NCBI GenBank assembly: GCA_951406725.2
Contig: OX597816.1
Coordinates: 140,802,001-140,866,000, forward strand
Source of the DNA: Octopus vulgaris
Taxonomy: Eukaryota
DNA: 64,000 bases
Direction: 5' to 3'
The notes under the pieces were generated by a model. The model saw only the letters and a list, made by a program, of their open reading frames with translations. It was not told where the DNA came from and did no database searches. Positions 14,309 to 29,036 of the stretch are shown piece by piece (the first letter of the stretch is position 1; the number at the start of each line of letters is the position of its first letter). The position numbers were made by a program, and so were the translations under genes.

Positions 14309-15163
14309 TTAAACGCTAATTTCGAAAATATGACTATGTATGCATGATACCCTTAGGTCTAATCTATTGTTAATCAGATTGCTCTTGTCCCTATACTTAA
14401 AAATTTCATAAGTTTCCATAGAGCACAGCTCGCACCCATATTGATAATCTGTATAAGGCTATGCTTTCCTTATAATATCCCATTTAAGGCAAAATTCGAT
14501 TCCATTTTCCTTCAGTTCCCAAAGTTTGCTAGATAAGGACATACAATTGGCCTTATGTTTGAGCCTAAAAAATGAAAAATGGTTATTAATATGTTTTTTC
14601 ATATTTATTGAACATCCTATATACACAAAGTTACCAGGTACAGTTGTGATTGTACACTTATAGATTATGTTTTGGATTAGACATCAGCCTAATAACAGAC
14701 AGTGGGATTTAACTCTATAATTGCAACTAGAAGAATTACTATTATTAATATTATTGATATCTATACCATTATTATTATTAATATTACTATTAATATTAAT
14801 CCTACTACTACTATTGTATGTGTTATTTTCACATCTGGCATTATCACTCCATCCTTCAATTGTAGTGTCATTCATGTTCATTCCAGCATCATCAGACATA
14901 TCAGTAATCCCTGTGCTAGTATAGAGCTCAGAACTACAGTCTATGTTGTATATATTAGAAGCATTATTACCGCTGTTTCTATTTTCAGTGTCACCATTAT
15001 TATTAATCACATTGTACGGGTTTAAGTTAGTGTTGACAGTAACATTATTATTATTATCAGGTCGAGATAATTTAATATTCTTTCTATTTAACCATGCTAT
15101 GATAGTACCTATATTGGGGAGAGTAGAATATGAGATTCTAATTGTCTTATGGGAAAATTCTAT
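14309..15163 (-). mobile_element. Penelope-like retroelement, 5'-truncated ORF remnant (RT thumb end, Asn-rich linker, GIY-YIG endonuclease)
   Basis: One frame with two in-frame stops (14684, 14459): FSHKTIRISYSTLPNIGTIIAWLNRK - N-rich - SCNYRVKSHCLLLG*CLIQNIIYKCTITTVPGNFVYIGCS...NNHFSFFRLKHK..MSLSSKLWELKENGIEFCLKWDII..PY....CELCSME...NLINNR....SCIH. This matches the PLE pattern SYS.MPN / C.C....CP..G.C...IIY..YIG / C.LC..E / LLNKR..C.H. Confidence 0.88.
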
Positions 15164-15169
15164 TCATTT

Positions 15170-15257
15170 ATGCAGCTGAGGATAGCCCCGTGTTTAAATT
15201 GATGTAATGATTACACTGTTCAAGTAAACGGAGCCACTTGAAACGGTTGTACTGCAT
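15170..15257 (+). ncRNA. Type I hammerhead ribozyme-like motif (Penelope pLTR)
   Basis: Stem I ATGCAG/CTGCAT; core CTGAGGA (15176-15182); long imperfect stem II; GAAA (15240-15243); minimal stem III AC-ggtt-GT; cleavage triplet GUA (cut after 15251). The base of stem II is mismatched. Confidence 0.7.
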
Positions 15258-15315
15258 CACCTCTTGATATCCTGTTGCTCATTTTGATAATACATATACA
15301 CATAAATACATATAT

Positions 15316-15348
<33 letters not shown>

Positions 15349-15541
15349 CATACACATATACATAAGTACACAGATACATATGTACACACATGCATACATA
15401 CACACGTGCATACATACATATGCATACATACATACACGCATATATATGTACACAGACTTGTACATGAATGCATACATAACAGACACAGACATATGCATAC
15501 GTACACAGACACGTATACGTATGTATAGATACACACATATA

Positions 15542-15749
15542 CAGGGTGTCTCAGAAGTCACGCACCACCCTGGTTTTTTAAAAGAATATATCCTTACTGA
15601 TTTCAAAAACACGTTATTGAAATTAATCATAACAAATGCTCAAATTGAGCACCCTCTACAATAAAACATACTGAAAAAATATAATAAAATAAAATGCTTT
15701 AATTATTTAAAATGAAAACCAGAAAGGTGCACGATTTCTGGGACACCTG
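15542..15749. mobile_element. Tc1/mariner-type MITE
   Basis: TA|CAGGGTGTCTCAGAAGTCACGCACC...GGTGCACGATTTCTGGGACACCTG|TA imperfect TIRs, inserted in a TA/CA microsatellite. Confidence 0.8.
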
Positions 15750-16290
15750 TATATACATACATATATATATATACATACACACACATATATACACATACAT
15801 ATATATATACATACACATACATATATATACATACACAAACATATATATACATACACACACATCCATACATATATACACACATAATTATACGCATACATAT
15901 ACATAGATATATACACACACATACATATATATATATACATACATATATATATATATACATACATACATACATATATTTACATACATACATACATATACAT
16001 ACATATATACATACATAAATCTTTTGTTAAATATATTCAAAGAGAATATTATATACTGAATTTATATTGAGTGCTCTATTGTATCAAAGTATTAAAGTAT
16101 TTATATATTTAATACGAGCAATTATATATATATATATTATTATTAATATTAGGAAATCAATATCGAAACTCCTCAGAAAGATATACACATGTGAAAATAA
16201 TTGTTGTATTAAAAATATATGTAAATATGTATAAGTATAAATATATAATGTATATGACAGTTTAAAAGTTTTGAATTAATTATTTAAAGC

Positions 16291-16380
16291 ATCTTACGAT
16301 CGTTTTACAGAAGAGTTGTCCCTATAATGAAACCCTATATTGATAAGCATTTATAGACAACGCTTCTGCTCTTCAGAGAT
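16291..16380 (-). ncRNA. Degenerate type I hammerhead motif (left arm; G12 replaced by A)
   Basis: Minus strand: ATCT-CTGAAGA-GCAGAAGcGTTGTC...GACAACtCTTCTGT-aAAA-C-gatc-GTA-AGAT. Confidence 0.65.
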
Positions 16381-16692
16381 ATAAAATTTGAATTCTGTAT
16401 AATATATCGAATGGTAGTTTTTTTTTCTTTTTAAATTTGAAGTAAAACTATCAAATGGTGTTTGTTTGAAAGATAAAAGATAAATCAAATATTACTGCTT
16501 TTGATGAGAGTCTTTAAATCCATTCCTTGGTTATTCTTCTGCAATAATCCATAATATTCATATGTAAAATCCTTTATATTATCTTGTATTCCAAATATAG
16601 TTCATATATATAACTATATATGGATTTAAAGACTCTCATCAAAAGCAGTAATTTTTAATTTTAATTTATCTTTCAAACAAACACCATTTTAT

Positions 16693-16782
16693 ATCTCAGA
16701 AGAGCAGAAGCGTTGTCTATAAATGCTTATCAATATAGGATTTCATCATAGGGACAACTCTTCTGTGAAACAATCGTAAAAT
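16693..16782 (+). ncRNA. Degenerate type I hammerhead motif (right arm; U4 replaced by A)
   Basis: Plus strand: ATCT-CaGAAGA-GCAGAAGcGTTGTC...GACAACtCTTCTGT-GAAA-C-aatc-GTA-AaAT. Confidence 0.6.
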
Positions 16783-18038
16783 GCTTTAAATATTTAATTC
16801 AAAACTTTTAAACTGCCATATACATTATATATTTATACTTATACATATTTACATATATTTTTATACCTATTTATATATCTATATATTTTTAATACAACAA
16901 TTATTTTCACACGTGTATATCTTTCTGAGGAGTTTTGATATTGATTTCCTAATATTAATAATAATATACATACACACATACAAACATATACATATATACA
17001 TACATATGCACACACACACACACACACTTATCAAACATCATGAATTTGTCCATTGTCACTTTAACTTCTGATGAAATAACTTTTAAAATACAAAATTTTG
17101 TCAAAAATGTTAAGAGTAAAGCTTGTTGTATGTGACACATGGTACCAGTATTGGAAGTTTCAAAGTGTCTAGTTAAAAAAATTAATTAAATAATCTATAT
17201 GTCAAATTGAATAGATCTGAAATGGATAAAAAGCAAAGTCGACCTTAGTGGAATTTGAGTTCAAAACATAAACACAGGCAAAATAACATTGAGCATTTCG
17301 CCTGGTGCGCTAATGTTTCTGCCAGCTCGCCGCCTCAGAACGTAAACATTCATTTTAGCAATATATTCTTTAATATTCTTATTGTTAAGTGTTACTCCCT
17401 TACACGAAATTTCGTAGTATTTCAACCCATAACTTTTATTCTATTAATTTTTGTTCAATGAGACTAATGACTCTGAATTCCTCATACACTTAAAGCCTAA
17501 GAAAAGTATACTTTTATTTTAAAATTAAAAAGTTTATGTTCATTGAAGGTGAATAGGTGCCTTATTGCGCCCCTTGTGGTCGCAGATATTTTTATGTAAC
17601 TTTTCTTCTACTGAATAAATCTCAAACTATTTGTGCCAAAGTGTAGCTGAGCACGTGTCCTCTTTAAAACTGTTAACAGCTTGCAATTTAGTTGAGAATT
17701 GAATTAGTGGTGAAGCTTGGAAGCTGCTGTGATTAAGAATATATTCAACTACTATGGTGGTTGAATGATATACATACATACATATATATATATATATATG
17801 CATATACAAACACACACATGCATGCATATATATACATGCTCACACACATGCATATATACACATGCTCACACACACACACGCATATATACACATGCTCACA
17901 CACACGCATATATACACATACTAACACACACATGCATATATACACATTCTAACACACAAATGTGCATATACACACATTCTAACACACAAACGTGCATATA
18001 TACACATTCTAACACACAAACGTGCATATATACACATA

Positions 18039-19040
18039 TGTAGCGGTATCTGACATCCTCACTGTTTGAGAGACACGGCAGGAATGATCTCGTTTGAGAT
18101 TACAGCCATCTTTGGCCAAGTTGTTCCTGTTGTGTCCACTTATCTGATTGGTTGACATGTGGCACGATTTGTCTCTACTTATTTCGCGCCACTGTCCAAA
18201 GCCAACCAATCACGGCCTTTGGTTAAGGTCCCTTTTCCTAGGCTCTGTTGAGCCACCTTTCTTGTATATAAAGGATTGTTCTCAGTATACTTGGTCTTTG
18301 ACTCCAGACCTTCTAAGGTCTAGTCACTGACCACAGAGCTACTCAACATGTTTCAGTTCCAGCGACTGACGATTGCTCCTGCTACAACCAGTGACGACGC
18401 TAACATACACCAGCACCGCAGAACGCCTTCTATCTCCGCTGCCGTCGTCACCATCATTGTACCAACTTCAAGTCGTCTCTACCATCATCCACTTTAGATA
18501 TGTACACACCAACTTCACAGACCCACGCTGTTAGAGTGAATCCCTTCACCACGTATAACAGTCCATCTGAAGAATTCTATATTAGGAGAACCAGCTCGGC
18601 GATTGAGACCACAACTGCGGCTTGACAATATTCGCCCAACCGGTCTCCGCCCGAGACACATCTTGATATGGAACTCTTACATATCGTGTACCTTATGAAC
18701 TGTAAACCAATTTCCATCATTAACTCTACACTCTGTACTTTCTGTGTCACATGCATTCACCCTCATTTGTATCTGTCACACACACGAACACACAGACACA
18801 AACACTTGTTGCATGCACACATACACAACACTTGCTAGCACTCACAACCCTCTAACCTTAACACCTTTTAAATAAAATCTCATCTTCTCTCAAACAGTGG
18901 AACGGCTTGTCGTCACTCATCTATATTCTGTTGGCACTGCATTGTATAAATTGTATTTATGGCTTATCTTATTTCATTAGGGATGCGGCCGAGTGACTTA
19001 CCTATGTCGCCAACCTCCACATACGGTCGTATTTCCTACA
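18039..19040 (+). mobile_element. Solo LTR (~1.0 kb), probably Ty3/gypsy
   Basis: TGTAG...CTACA termini, 4-bp TSD CATA on both sides, TATATAAA at 18265 and AATAAA at 18871. Removing it restores the flanking TACACATACTAACACAC repeat unit. Confidence 0.85.
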
Positions 19041-19299
19041 CATACTAACACACCCACACGCATATAAACACATACTAACACACACACGCATATATACACA
19101 TACTAACACACTCACACACAGATACACACACACACGCTCGTACCCACAGGCACAGATACAAACACACGTTCGTACTCAGATGCATAGATACATACACACA
19201 CATGCTCGTACGCAAACACACAGATACATGTTCGTACCTAGACACACAGATGCAAACATGCTCATGCCCAAACGCACAGATACATACACACACAGATAC

Positions 19300-20120
19300 A
19301 CACATCTGGATATACACGCATGAATGCACACACATACATCTAGATACACACACACACACATCTTGATATACATGCGCATGCACATACACACACATCTAGA
19401 TATACACGGGCATACACACATCTAGATGTACAAGCATGCATGCACACACAGATCTAGATGTATACATGTGTGCACACGCATCTAGATATAGACACGTGCA
19501 TGCACACACACACATCTAGATATAGACACGTGCACACACACACATACATCTAGATATACACACGTGCACGCACAACATACATGTAGATATACACACGCGC
19601 ATGCACACATCTAGGTATACACACGCACATCTAGATACATGCAGGCGCACGCAAACACACTCATGTAGATACACACACGCGCACGCATACACTCATCTAG
19701 ATACACACACGCGCACGCACACATCCAGATATGCGCAGTCACACATCCAGATATACACACACGCACATCCAGATATACAAATGCACACGCACACATCAAG
19801 ATATACACACGTGCACGCACACATCCAGATATACACACGCGCACGCACACATCCAGATATACACATGCGCATGCACTCATCTAGATGTACACAAGAGCAC
19901 GCACACATCTAGATATACACATACACACACACCTAGATATATACACGCACAAACATCTAGATATGCACACACACAAACATCTAGATATATACACGCGCAG
20001 ACATTAAGATATGCACACGCACAAACACATCTAGATATCACACATGCACAGACCAAGATATTCACAAACATCTTCATATAGACACACACATGTAGATACA
20101 CACACACACACATCTAGATA
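19300..20120. repeat. Minisatellite of ~28-30-bp units built on CATCTAGATATACACACG(T/C)GCACGCACA
   Basis: More than 20 recurrences of the ATCTAGAT/ATCCAGAT core separated by CA/CG runs. Confidence 0.85.
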
Positions 20121-20279
20121 TATACACACAACCACGCACGCACAGTAAATATACACACGCACACACAGTAGATATACACACACACATGCACACAGTACAT
20201 ACATGTGCACACAGTACATACATGTATTTATGGCTTATACAAACATAGTCGATATACAAACATACACATGTACAGTAGA

Positions 20280-20850
20280 TATACACACACATATATACAT
20301 ATATATATACATACTTATATATATATACATACTTATCTATACATATTTACATATGCATATATATATACATACTTATCTAAATATATATATATATACATAC
20401 TTATGTATATATATATATACATATGCATATATATATACATACTTATCTATACATATATATACATATGCATATATATATACATACTTATATATACATATAT
20501 ATACATATGCATATATATATACATACTTATCTATACATATATACATATGCATATATATATACATACTTATATATACATATATACATATGCATATATATAT
20601 ACATACTTATCTATACATATATACATATGCATATATATATATACATACTTATCTATACATATATACATATGCATATATATATATACATACTTATCTATAC
20701 ATATATACATATGCATATATATATATATACATACTTATCTATACATACTTATCTATACATATATATATATACATACTTATCTATACATATATACATATGC
20801 ATATATATATACATACTTATCTATACATATATACATATGCATATATACAT
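20280..20850. repeat. ~40-bp minisatellite (ACATACTTATCTATACATATATACATATGCATATATATAT)
   Basis: Directly visible tandem units. Confidence 0.9.
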
Positions 20851-21340
20851 ATCATCATCATCATCATCATTTAGCGTCCGTTTTCCATGCTAGCATGGGT
20901 TGGACGGTTCAACTGGGGTCTGGGGAGCCCGAAGGCTGCACCAGGCCAGTCAGATCTGGCAGTGTTTCTACAGCTGGATGCCCTTCCTAACGCCAACCAC
21001 TCCGAAAGTGTAGTGGGTGATTTTATGTGCCACAGACACAGGTGCCAGACGAGGCTGGCGAACGGCCACGCTCGGATGGTGTTTTTATGTGCCACCGACA
21101 CAGGTGCCACACGAGGCTGGCAGACGGCCACGCTCGGATGGTGTTTTTATGTGCCACCGACACAGGTGCCAGATGAGGCTGGCGGACGGGCCACGATCGG
21201 ATGTGTTTGTTACGTCCCCCAAGCACGGAGGCCAGTCTATGCGGTACTGGCTACGGCCACGTTCGGATGATTTTCTTGTGTGCCACCGGCACTGGTACCA
21301 CAAAGATACAAATTCCAATGATGTTCATCTATTTTGATTT
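20851..21340 (-). mobile_element. SINE with internal ~59-bp tandem repeats and (GAT)n tail
   Basis: (CAT)n-TTAGCGTCCGTTTTCCATGCTAGCATGGGTTGG...GGATGCCCTTCCTAACGCCAACCACTC, then repeats of GTGCCACCGACACAGGTGCCA. Same family as 32817, 49100 and 51025. Confidence 0.85.
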
Positions 21341-21382
21341 GATATACATATATACTAACATATATATATATACATATATACA

Positions 21383-21418
<36 letters not shown>

Positions 21419-21963
21419 CATACATATATACATATATATACATACATACATATACATACATACATATATACATACATATATACATACATACATATATACA
21501 TACATACATATACATACATATATACACACACACACACATACACACACACATACATATATATATATACATACATACATACATACATATATACACACACATA
21601 CATATATATATATACATATATATACATATACACACATACATATATACATACATACATATATACATACATATATATATATATACATACATATATACATACA
21701 TATATATATATATACATATATACATATATATATACATACATATATATATATACATACATACATACATATATATATACATACATATATATATATACATATA
21801 TATACATATATATATATATACATATATACATACATATATATATATACATATATACATACATATATATATATATACATATATACATACATATATATATATA
21901 TATATACATATATACATACATATATATATATATACATATATACATACATATATATATACATAC

Positions 21964-22014
<51 letters not shown>

Positions 22015-22041
22015 CATATATATATACATATATATACATAC

Positions 22042-22074
<33 letters not shown>

Positions 22075-22180
22075 CATATATACATATATATATATACATA
22101 TATATATACATATATACATATATACATATATACATATACATATATACATATACATATATACATATATACATATACATATA

Positions 22181-22213
<33 letters not shown>

Positions 22214-22239
22214 ATATATATATACATATACATATATAC

Positions 22240-22274
<35 letters not shown>

Positions 22275-22393
22275 CATATATACATATATATATATATACA
22301 TATATACATATACATATATACATATACATATATACATATATATATATATACATATATATATACATATATATACATATATATATACATATATAC

Positions 22394-22424
<31 letters not shown>

Positions 22425-22445
22425 CATATATATATACATATATAT

Positions 22446-22536
<91 letters not shown>

Positions 22537-22537
22537 C

Positions 22538-22590
<53 letters not shown>

Positions 22591-22591
22591 C

Positions 22592-22640
<49 letters not shown>

Positions 22641-23139
22641 TATATACATATATATATATATACATATATATACATATATATACATATATATATACATAAG
22701 TATGTATACATATATACATACGTATATATATACATATATACATACGTACATATATACATATATACATACATATATATATATACATACATATATATACATA
22801 TATATATACATACATATATATATATATACATATATATACACACATATATATATACATATATATATACACATATATATATACATACATATATATACACACA
22901 TATATATACATATATATATATATACATATATATACACATATATATATATATATATATATACATATATATATACATATATATATACATATATATATACACA
23001 TATATATATACATATATATATACACATATATATATACATATATACACATATATATATACATATATACATATATATATACACATATATATATATACACATA
23101 TATATATACACACATATATATACATACATATATATATAT

Positions 23140-23204
<65 letters not shown>

Positions 23205-23619
23205 TATATACATACATATATATATACATACATATATATATACATACATATATATATACATACATATATATATACATACATATATATATACATATATATA
23301 TATATATACAATACATACACATACACACATATATATACACACATATATATATATATACATATATACATACACACATATATACATACATATATACATACAT
23401 ATATATATACATACATATATATATATACATATATATATATATACACATATATATATACATACATATATATATACATACATATATATATATATACATACAT
23501 ATATACATACATATATATATATACATATATATATACATACATATATACATACATATATATATATATATATACATATATATATACATACATATATATATAC
23601 ATATATATATATACATATA

Positions 23620-23660
<41 letters not shown>

Positions 23661-23771
23661 ACATATATATATACATATATATAATATATATATACATACA
23701 TATATATATACATATATATATATACACACACATATATATATACATATATATATATACATATATATATATAC

Positions 23772-23820
<49 letters not shown>

Positions 23821-23843
23821 TATATACATATATATATACATAC

Positions 23844-23911
<68 letters not shown>

Positions 23912-24159
23912 ATATATATACATATATATATACACATATATATATACACATATATATACACACATATATATATATACATATATATATACATATATATATA
24001 CATATATATATATACATATATATACATATATATATACACACATATATATATACATATATATACACATATATATATACATACATATATATACATATATATA
24101 TATACATATATATATACATATATATACATATATATATACATATATATATACATATACAT

Positions 24160-24226
<67 letters not shown>

Positions 24227-24437
24227 TACACATACATATATATATACATATATATATACATATATATATATACATATATATATACATATATATATATACA
24301 TATATATATACATATATATATATACATATATATATACATATATATATACATATATATATATACATATATATACACATATATATATACATATATATATATA
24401 CATATATATATATACATATATATATACATATATATAC

Positions 24438-24472
<35 letters not shown>

Positions 24473-24534
24473 CATATATATACATACATATATACATATA
24501 TATATACATATATATATACATACATATATATATA

Positions 24535-24624
<90 letters not shown>

Positions 24625-25091
24625 CATACATACATACATATATATATACATATATATATACATATATATATACATACATACATACATATATACATACATA
24701 CATATATACATACATATATATACATATATACATACATACATATATATATATACATACATATATACATATATATATACATATATATACATATATATATACA
24801 TACATATATATATATACATACATACATACATATATATATATACATACATATATATATATATACATACATACATATATATACATACATACATATATATATA
24901 TACATACATATATATATATATATACATACATATATATATACATACATACATATATATATATACATACATACATATATATATATACATACATACATATATA
25001 TACATACATACATATATATACATACATACATACATATATATACATATACATACATACATATATATATATACATACATACATATATATATAC

Positions 25092-25125
<34 letters not shown>

Positions 25126-25201
25126 ATACATACATATATATATATACATACATATATATATATATACATACATATATATATACATACATATATATATATA
25201 C

Positions 25202-25235
<34 letters not shown>

Positions 25236-25549
25236 ATATACATATATACATACATATATATACATACATACATACATATATATATACATACATATATACA
25301 TATATACATATATATACATACATACATATATATATATACATACATACATATATATATATACATACATATACATACATATATATATATATACATACATACA
25401 TATATATATACATACATACATATATATATATACATACATACATATATATATATACATACATACATACATATATATACATACATATACATACATATATATA
25501 TACATACATACATACATATATATATACATACATACATATATATACATAC

Positions 25550-25582
<33 letters not shown>

Positions 25583-25649
25583 CATATATATATATACATA
25601 CATATATATATATACATACATATATATACATATATACATATATATATAC

Positions 25650-25726
<77 letters not shown>

Positions 25727-25760
25727 CATACACACACACACATACATATATACACATACA

Positions 25761-25807
<47 letters not shown>

Positions 25808-25959
25808 AGACACACACACACACACACACATATATACATACATATATATATATATATACATACATATATATATACATATACACATACATATATACACACA
25901 TATATATACATATATATACATATATATATACATACATATATATATATATATATACATAC

Positions 25960-25990
<31 letters not shown>

Positions 25991-26055
25991 CATACATATA
26001 TATATACATACATATATATATACATACATATATATATACATACATATATATATAC

Positions 26056-26092
<37 letters not shown>

Positions 26093-26300
26093 ACATATAC
26101 ATATATATATACATATATATATACAATATATATGATACACATATATATACATATATGACACTGCATATATATACAATATATATACATATATATATCTACA
26201 CATACATATATATATACATACATATATATATACATACATATATATATACATATATATATATACATATATATATATACATACATATATACATACATATATA
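21341..26300. repeat. ~5-kb (TA)n/(TACA)n compound microsatellite
   Basis: Almost exclusively TA and CA dinucleotides; source of the spurious >1000-aa ORFs. Confidence 0.97.
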
Positions 26301-27449
26301 CATACATATATATATATATACATATATGTACACCTACATACATATATACGAATCTACATATATACACATACATACATATATACATACATACTATATGATA
26401 CATACATATATAGCACTGGTAGACATATATACACATACATATATACATACATACATATATACATATATACAGAGGACATATATATACACATACATACGGA
26501 TATATATACCTTACATATATATATACACATACATATATACACATATACATACATATATATACATGATGCTGAGCAGGTTATATACATACATATGGACACA
26601 CAGGCGTAACCCACCATGAGGTGTGATATATACAGCATATATACATATAGCAGAGATATCATACTGAGTCGACAGTTCTTGTCTATACATACATATACAT
26701 ATACACATACATATGGTGGGACATATACATTCGCAGATACCATCGGAAAGGATTTGGGAACTGCTTGGTACACAGATCAGTATACACATATGACCGTTTG
26801 CACAGACATGATACATGCCCTGTGACATATCATACAGACATATACAGTTGTTAGCATACATATACATAAATACAAGAATTTCAGAGACATATAGAGCTAC
26901 ATTTGATCCGAGAAGACTACATACAAGGTCAAGTATGACGTCGTGGGATATACATACATGTTGTTGAGCATGTCGATACATAAGTTATACCACATGAGAT
27001 GTGGCAAGTGGACGACATACAGATATAGCCTGACACTGTTTCCTTGGATATACATATACACATTCAGCATTATGATGTTTTGCCATGCACATATACACGA
27101 ATCTAGTCATATGGAACATGTTGCGATACATACATACAAGATATGACATCGTCACACATAAAAGCTCGGTACATACATATACATACATACATTCTACACA
27201 CACTGTTACAGTCATAGCATTGAGCATACAGGTACACATATCATACAACAGTCATATACACATACATTATCTTCATACACATAGATATACAAGAACGCTA
27301 CACACACACACTCATCACACAACACTGACACATAATATCATTGCAATAGAGCTACATCGAAATATAGGTATACATCTTATCACATATACATACCAGTTTG
27401 AGTCATCAGATCCTTTTAACATACACAGCAACACTTTTCATCCTAGTTC

Positions 27450-28860
27450 TCAGCTCAAAAGCTGAAAAGTGGAACGGCTATGCTGGGAGGTAACTGCAGA
27501 TTTCAAGTCTCTGGTGTTGTCAGCCAGGGTATTTATCACTTTCACACATGGCCCAGTTTTAGCAATCCAGACATTTTGATGTGCATGAAATAAGGAACAC
27601 AAGTTTGATGCAGCTGCCCTAAATGCTGCACCTCCTGCCGTGAAGTTGGTTCCTCTGGGACATCTGACAGGATAATATGGTCCAAGCCTTGGTTTTAGCT
27701 CGAAGACATCCACATCCACCTCGTTATGCAGGTCTCTCAGGTCCTTTACTTCGAATGTCGAAGCAGGCTTGGAAAGAGCTGTGGACCTCTGAAGCCCAGG
27801 ACTATCACAGTATTTGTCCTATCAAGTCTTGGATGCGTAAACTCTTGGAGGTTTCTCTTAGGACACTATGCAGTGATGACGGACTATTAGGTTGTCTAGT
27901 CGAATTAGTGCCTAACTCATCATGCCAAAGTATTGGGAACTAGTCCTTCCATGATATATATGATATGTATATATATGGAGAAGGCTAGCACACTGGATTA
28001 ACAGTCTCGCAAACCAAGCTAAGGACGATGAGCAGTCCATGGCTAGAAGTATACTTGAGTTCTTCCGTAGCTCCAACCAGCTCTAGCTATGCTAGCATAG
28101 ACGGGGCCTCATAACTTTCAGAAGCAGGGAGGTTGGCTCTTGCGGTTTGAGATTAACTCTGCCGACGTGATTGGTAGGCCCCATAGCTGAGAGCAATAGT
28201 CAGTGGCTTAGACCCCACAGGTGTCGCTAGCCGAGGACCATCATGGAGCTTTTAACTGGTAGGATTATTGTTCTGTGCAAAAGTTATGCTTGCAAGATAT
28301 ATACATCTGGTCAGCTGCCTACATTTTCATATACCAATTTATACACATGTACATGATATATATCTGTACATGCATTAATTACTCATGATATATATATACC
28401 CAGGTATATCGCCACTGACACATTGTGCCTCTAGGATATGCATATCCCTCCAGGTCCAGTGTAATTGGTATCCATGGAACGATATTGCATGCCTGCTAGT
28501 ATATACTACATGCTGATAGCATATACGCTTGAAACTTTTCAGCACATATTGCATAGCACACACATATACGTATTTCAGCCCACTTGTATATACATATCGA
28601 CCAGCTCACATGTACACAGGTGAAGTGTCTCTCAGGGTTAACTGCACATTATACCTGTGACACACAGCTTTAGTATCATCTGCATACACTTATATGATCA
28701 TGGCACTCATGTGGCTGAGGGCATTGATCGATGAGAGGGTACATTATACACACATCAGTGCGACATATACACATATATTCATATATACCGCTCACTATAC
28801 ATATGTGTGTATATTGGAGGTGGCCCCATTGGCTATACCACCTGATACATATCCTTCACA
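27450..28860 (-). mobile_element. Scrambled CR1 LINE 3' copy
   Basis: Colinear with 29768-30900 (GCACCTCCTGCCGTGAAGTTGGTTC, GGACCTCTGAAGCCCAGG, GAGAGCAATAGTC, TTCAGCCCACTTGTATAT, GGAGGTGGCCCCATTGGCTA) but full of small insertions. Confidence 0.75.
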
Positions 28861-28899
28861 CACAGTCATGACACACATACATACATTTACATATATATA

Positions 28900-28964
28900 C
28901 ATACATACACGTAGTTTATATATATCAACATACATACATACATATATATACATACATACATATA

Positions 28965-28996
<32 letters not shown>

Positions 28997-29004
28997 CATA
29001 TATA

Positions 29005-29036
<32 letters not shown>

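Larger units (their letters stand above)
16131..16968. repeat. Long inverted repeat (fold-back); arms ~16131-16523 and ~16620-16968, ~95-bp spacer
   Basis: ATATTAGGAAATCAATATC..AACTCCTCAGAAAGATATACAC, AAGAGTTGTCCCTAT, CGCTTCTGCTCTTC and TTTGATGAGAGTCTTTAAATCCAT all recur reverse-complemented, with a few substitutions and two indels. Confidence 0.92.

Noticed and set aside
19300-21300. CRISPR-like regularly spaced repeats
   Set aside because: Eukaryotic context with no cas genes; the spacers are CA runs or SINE-internal tandem units, not unique sequences.
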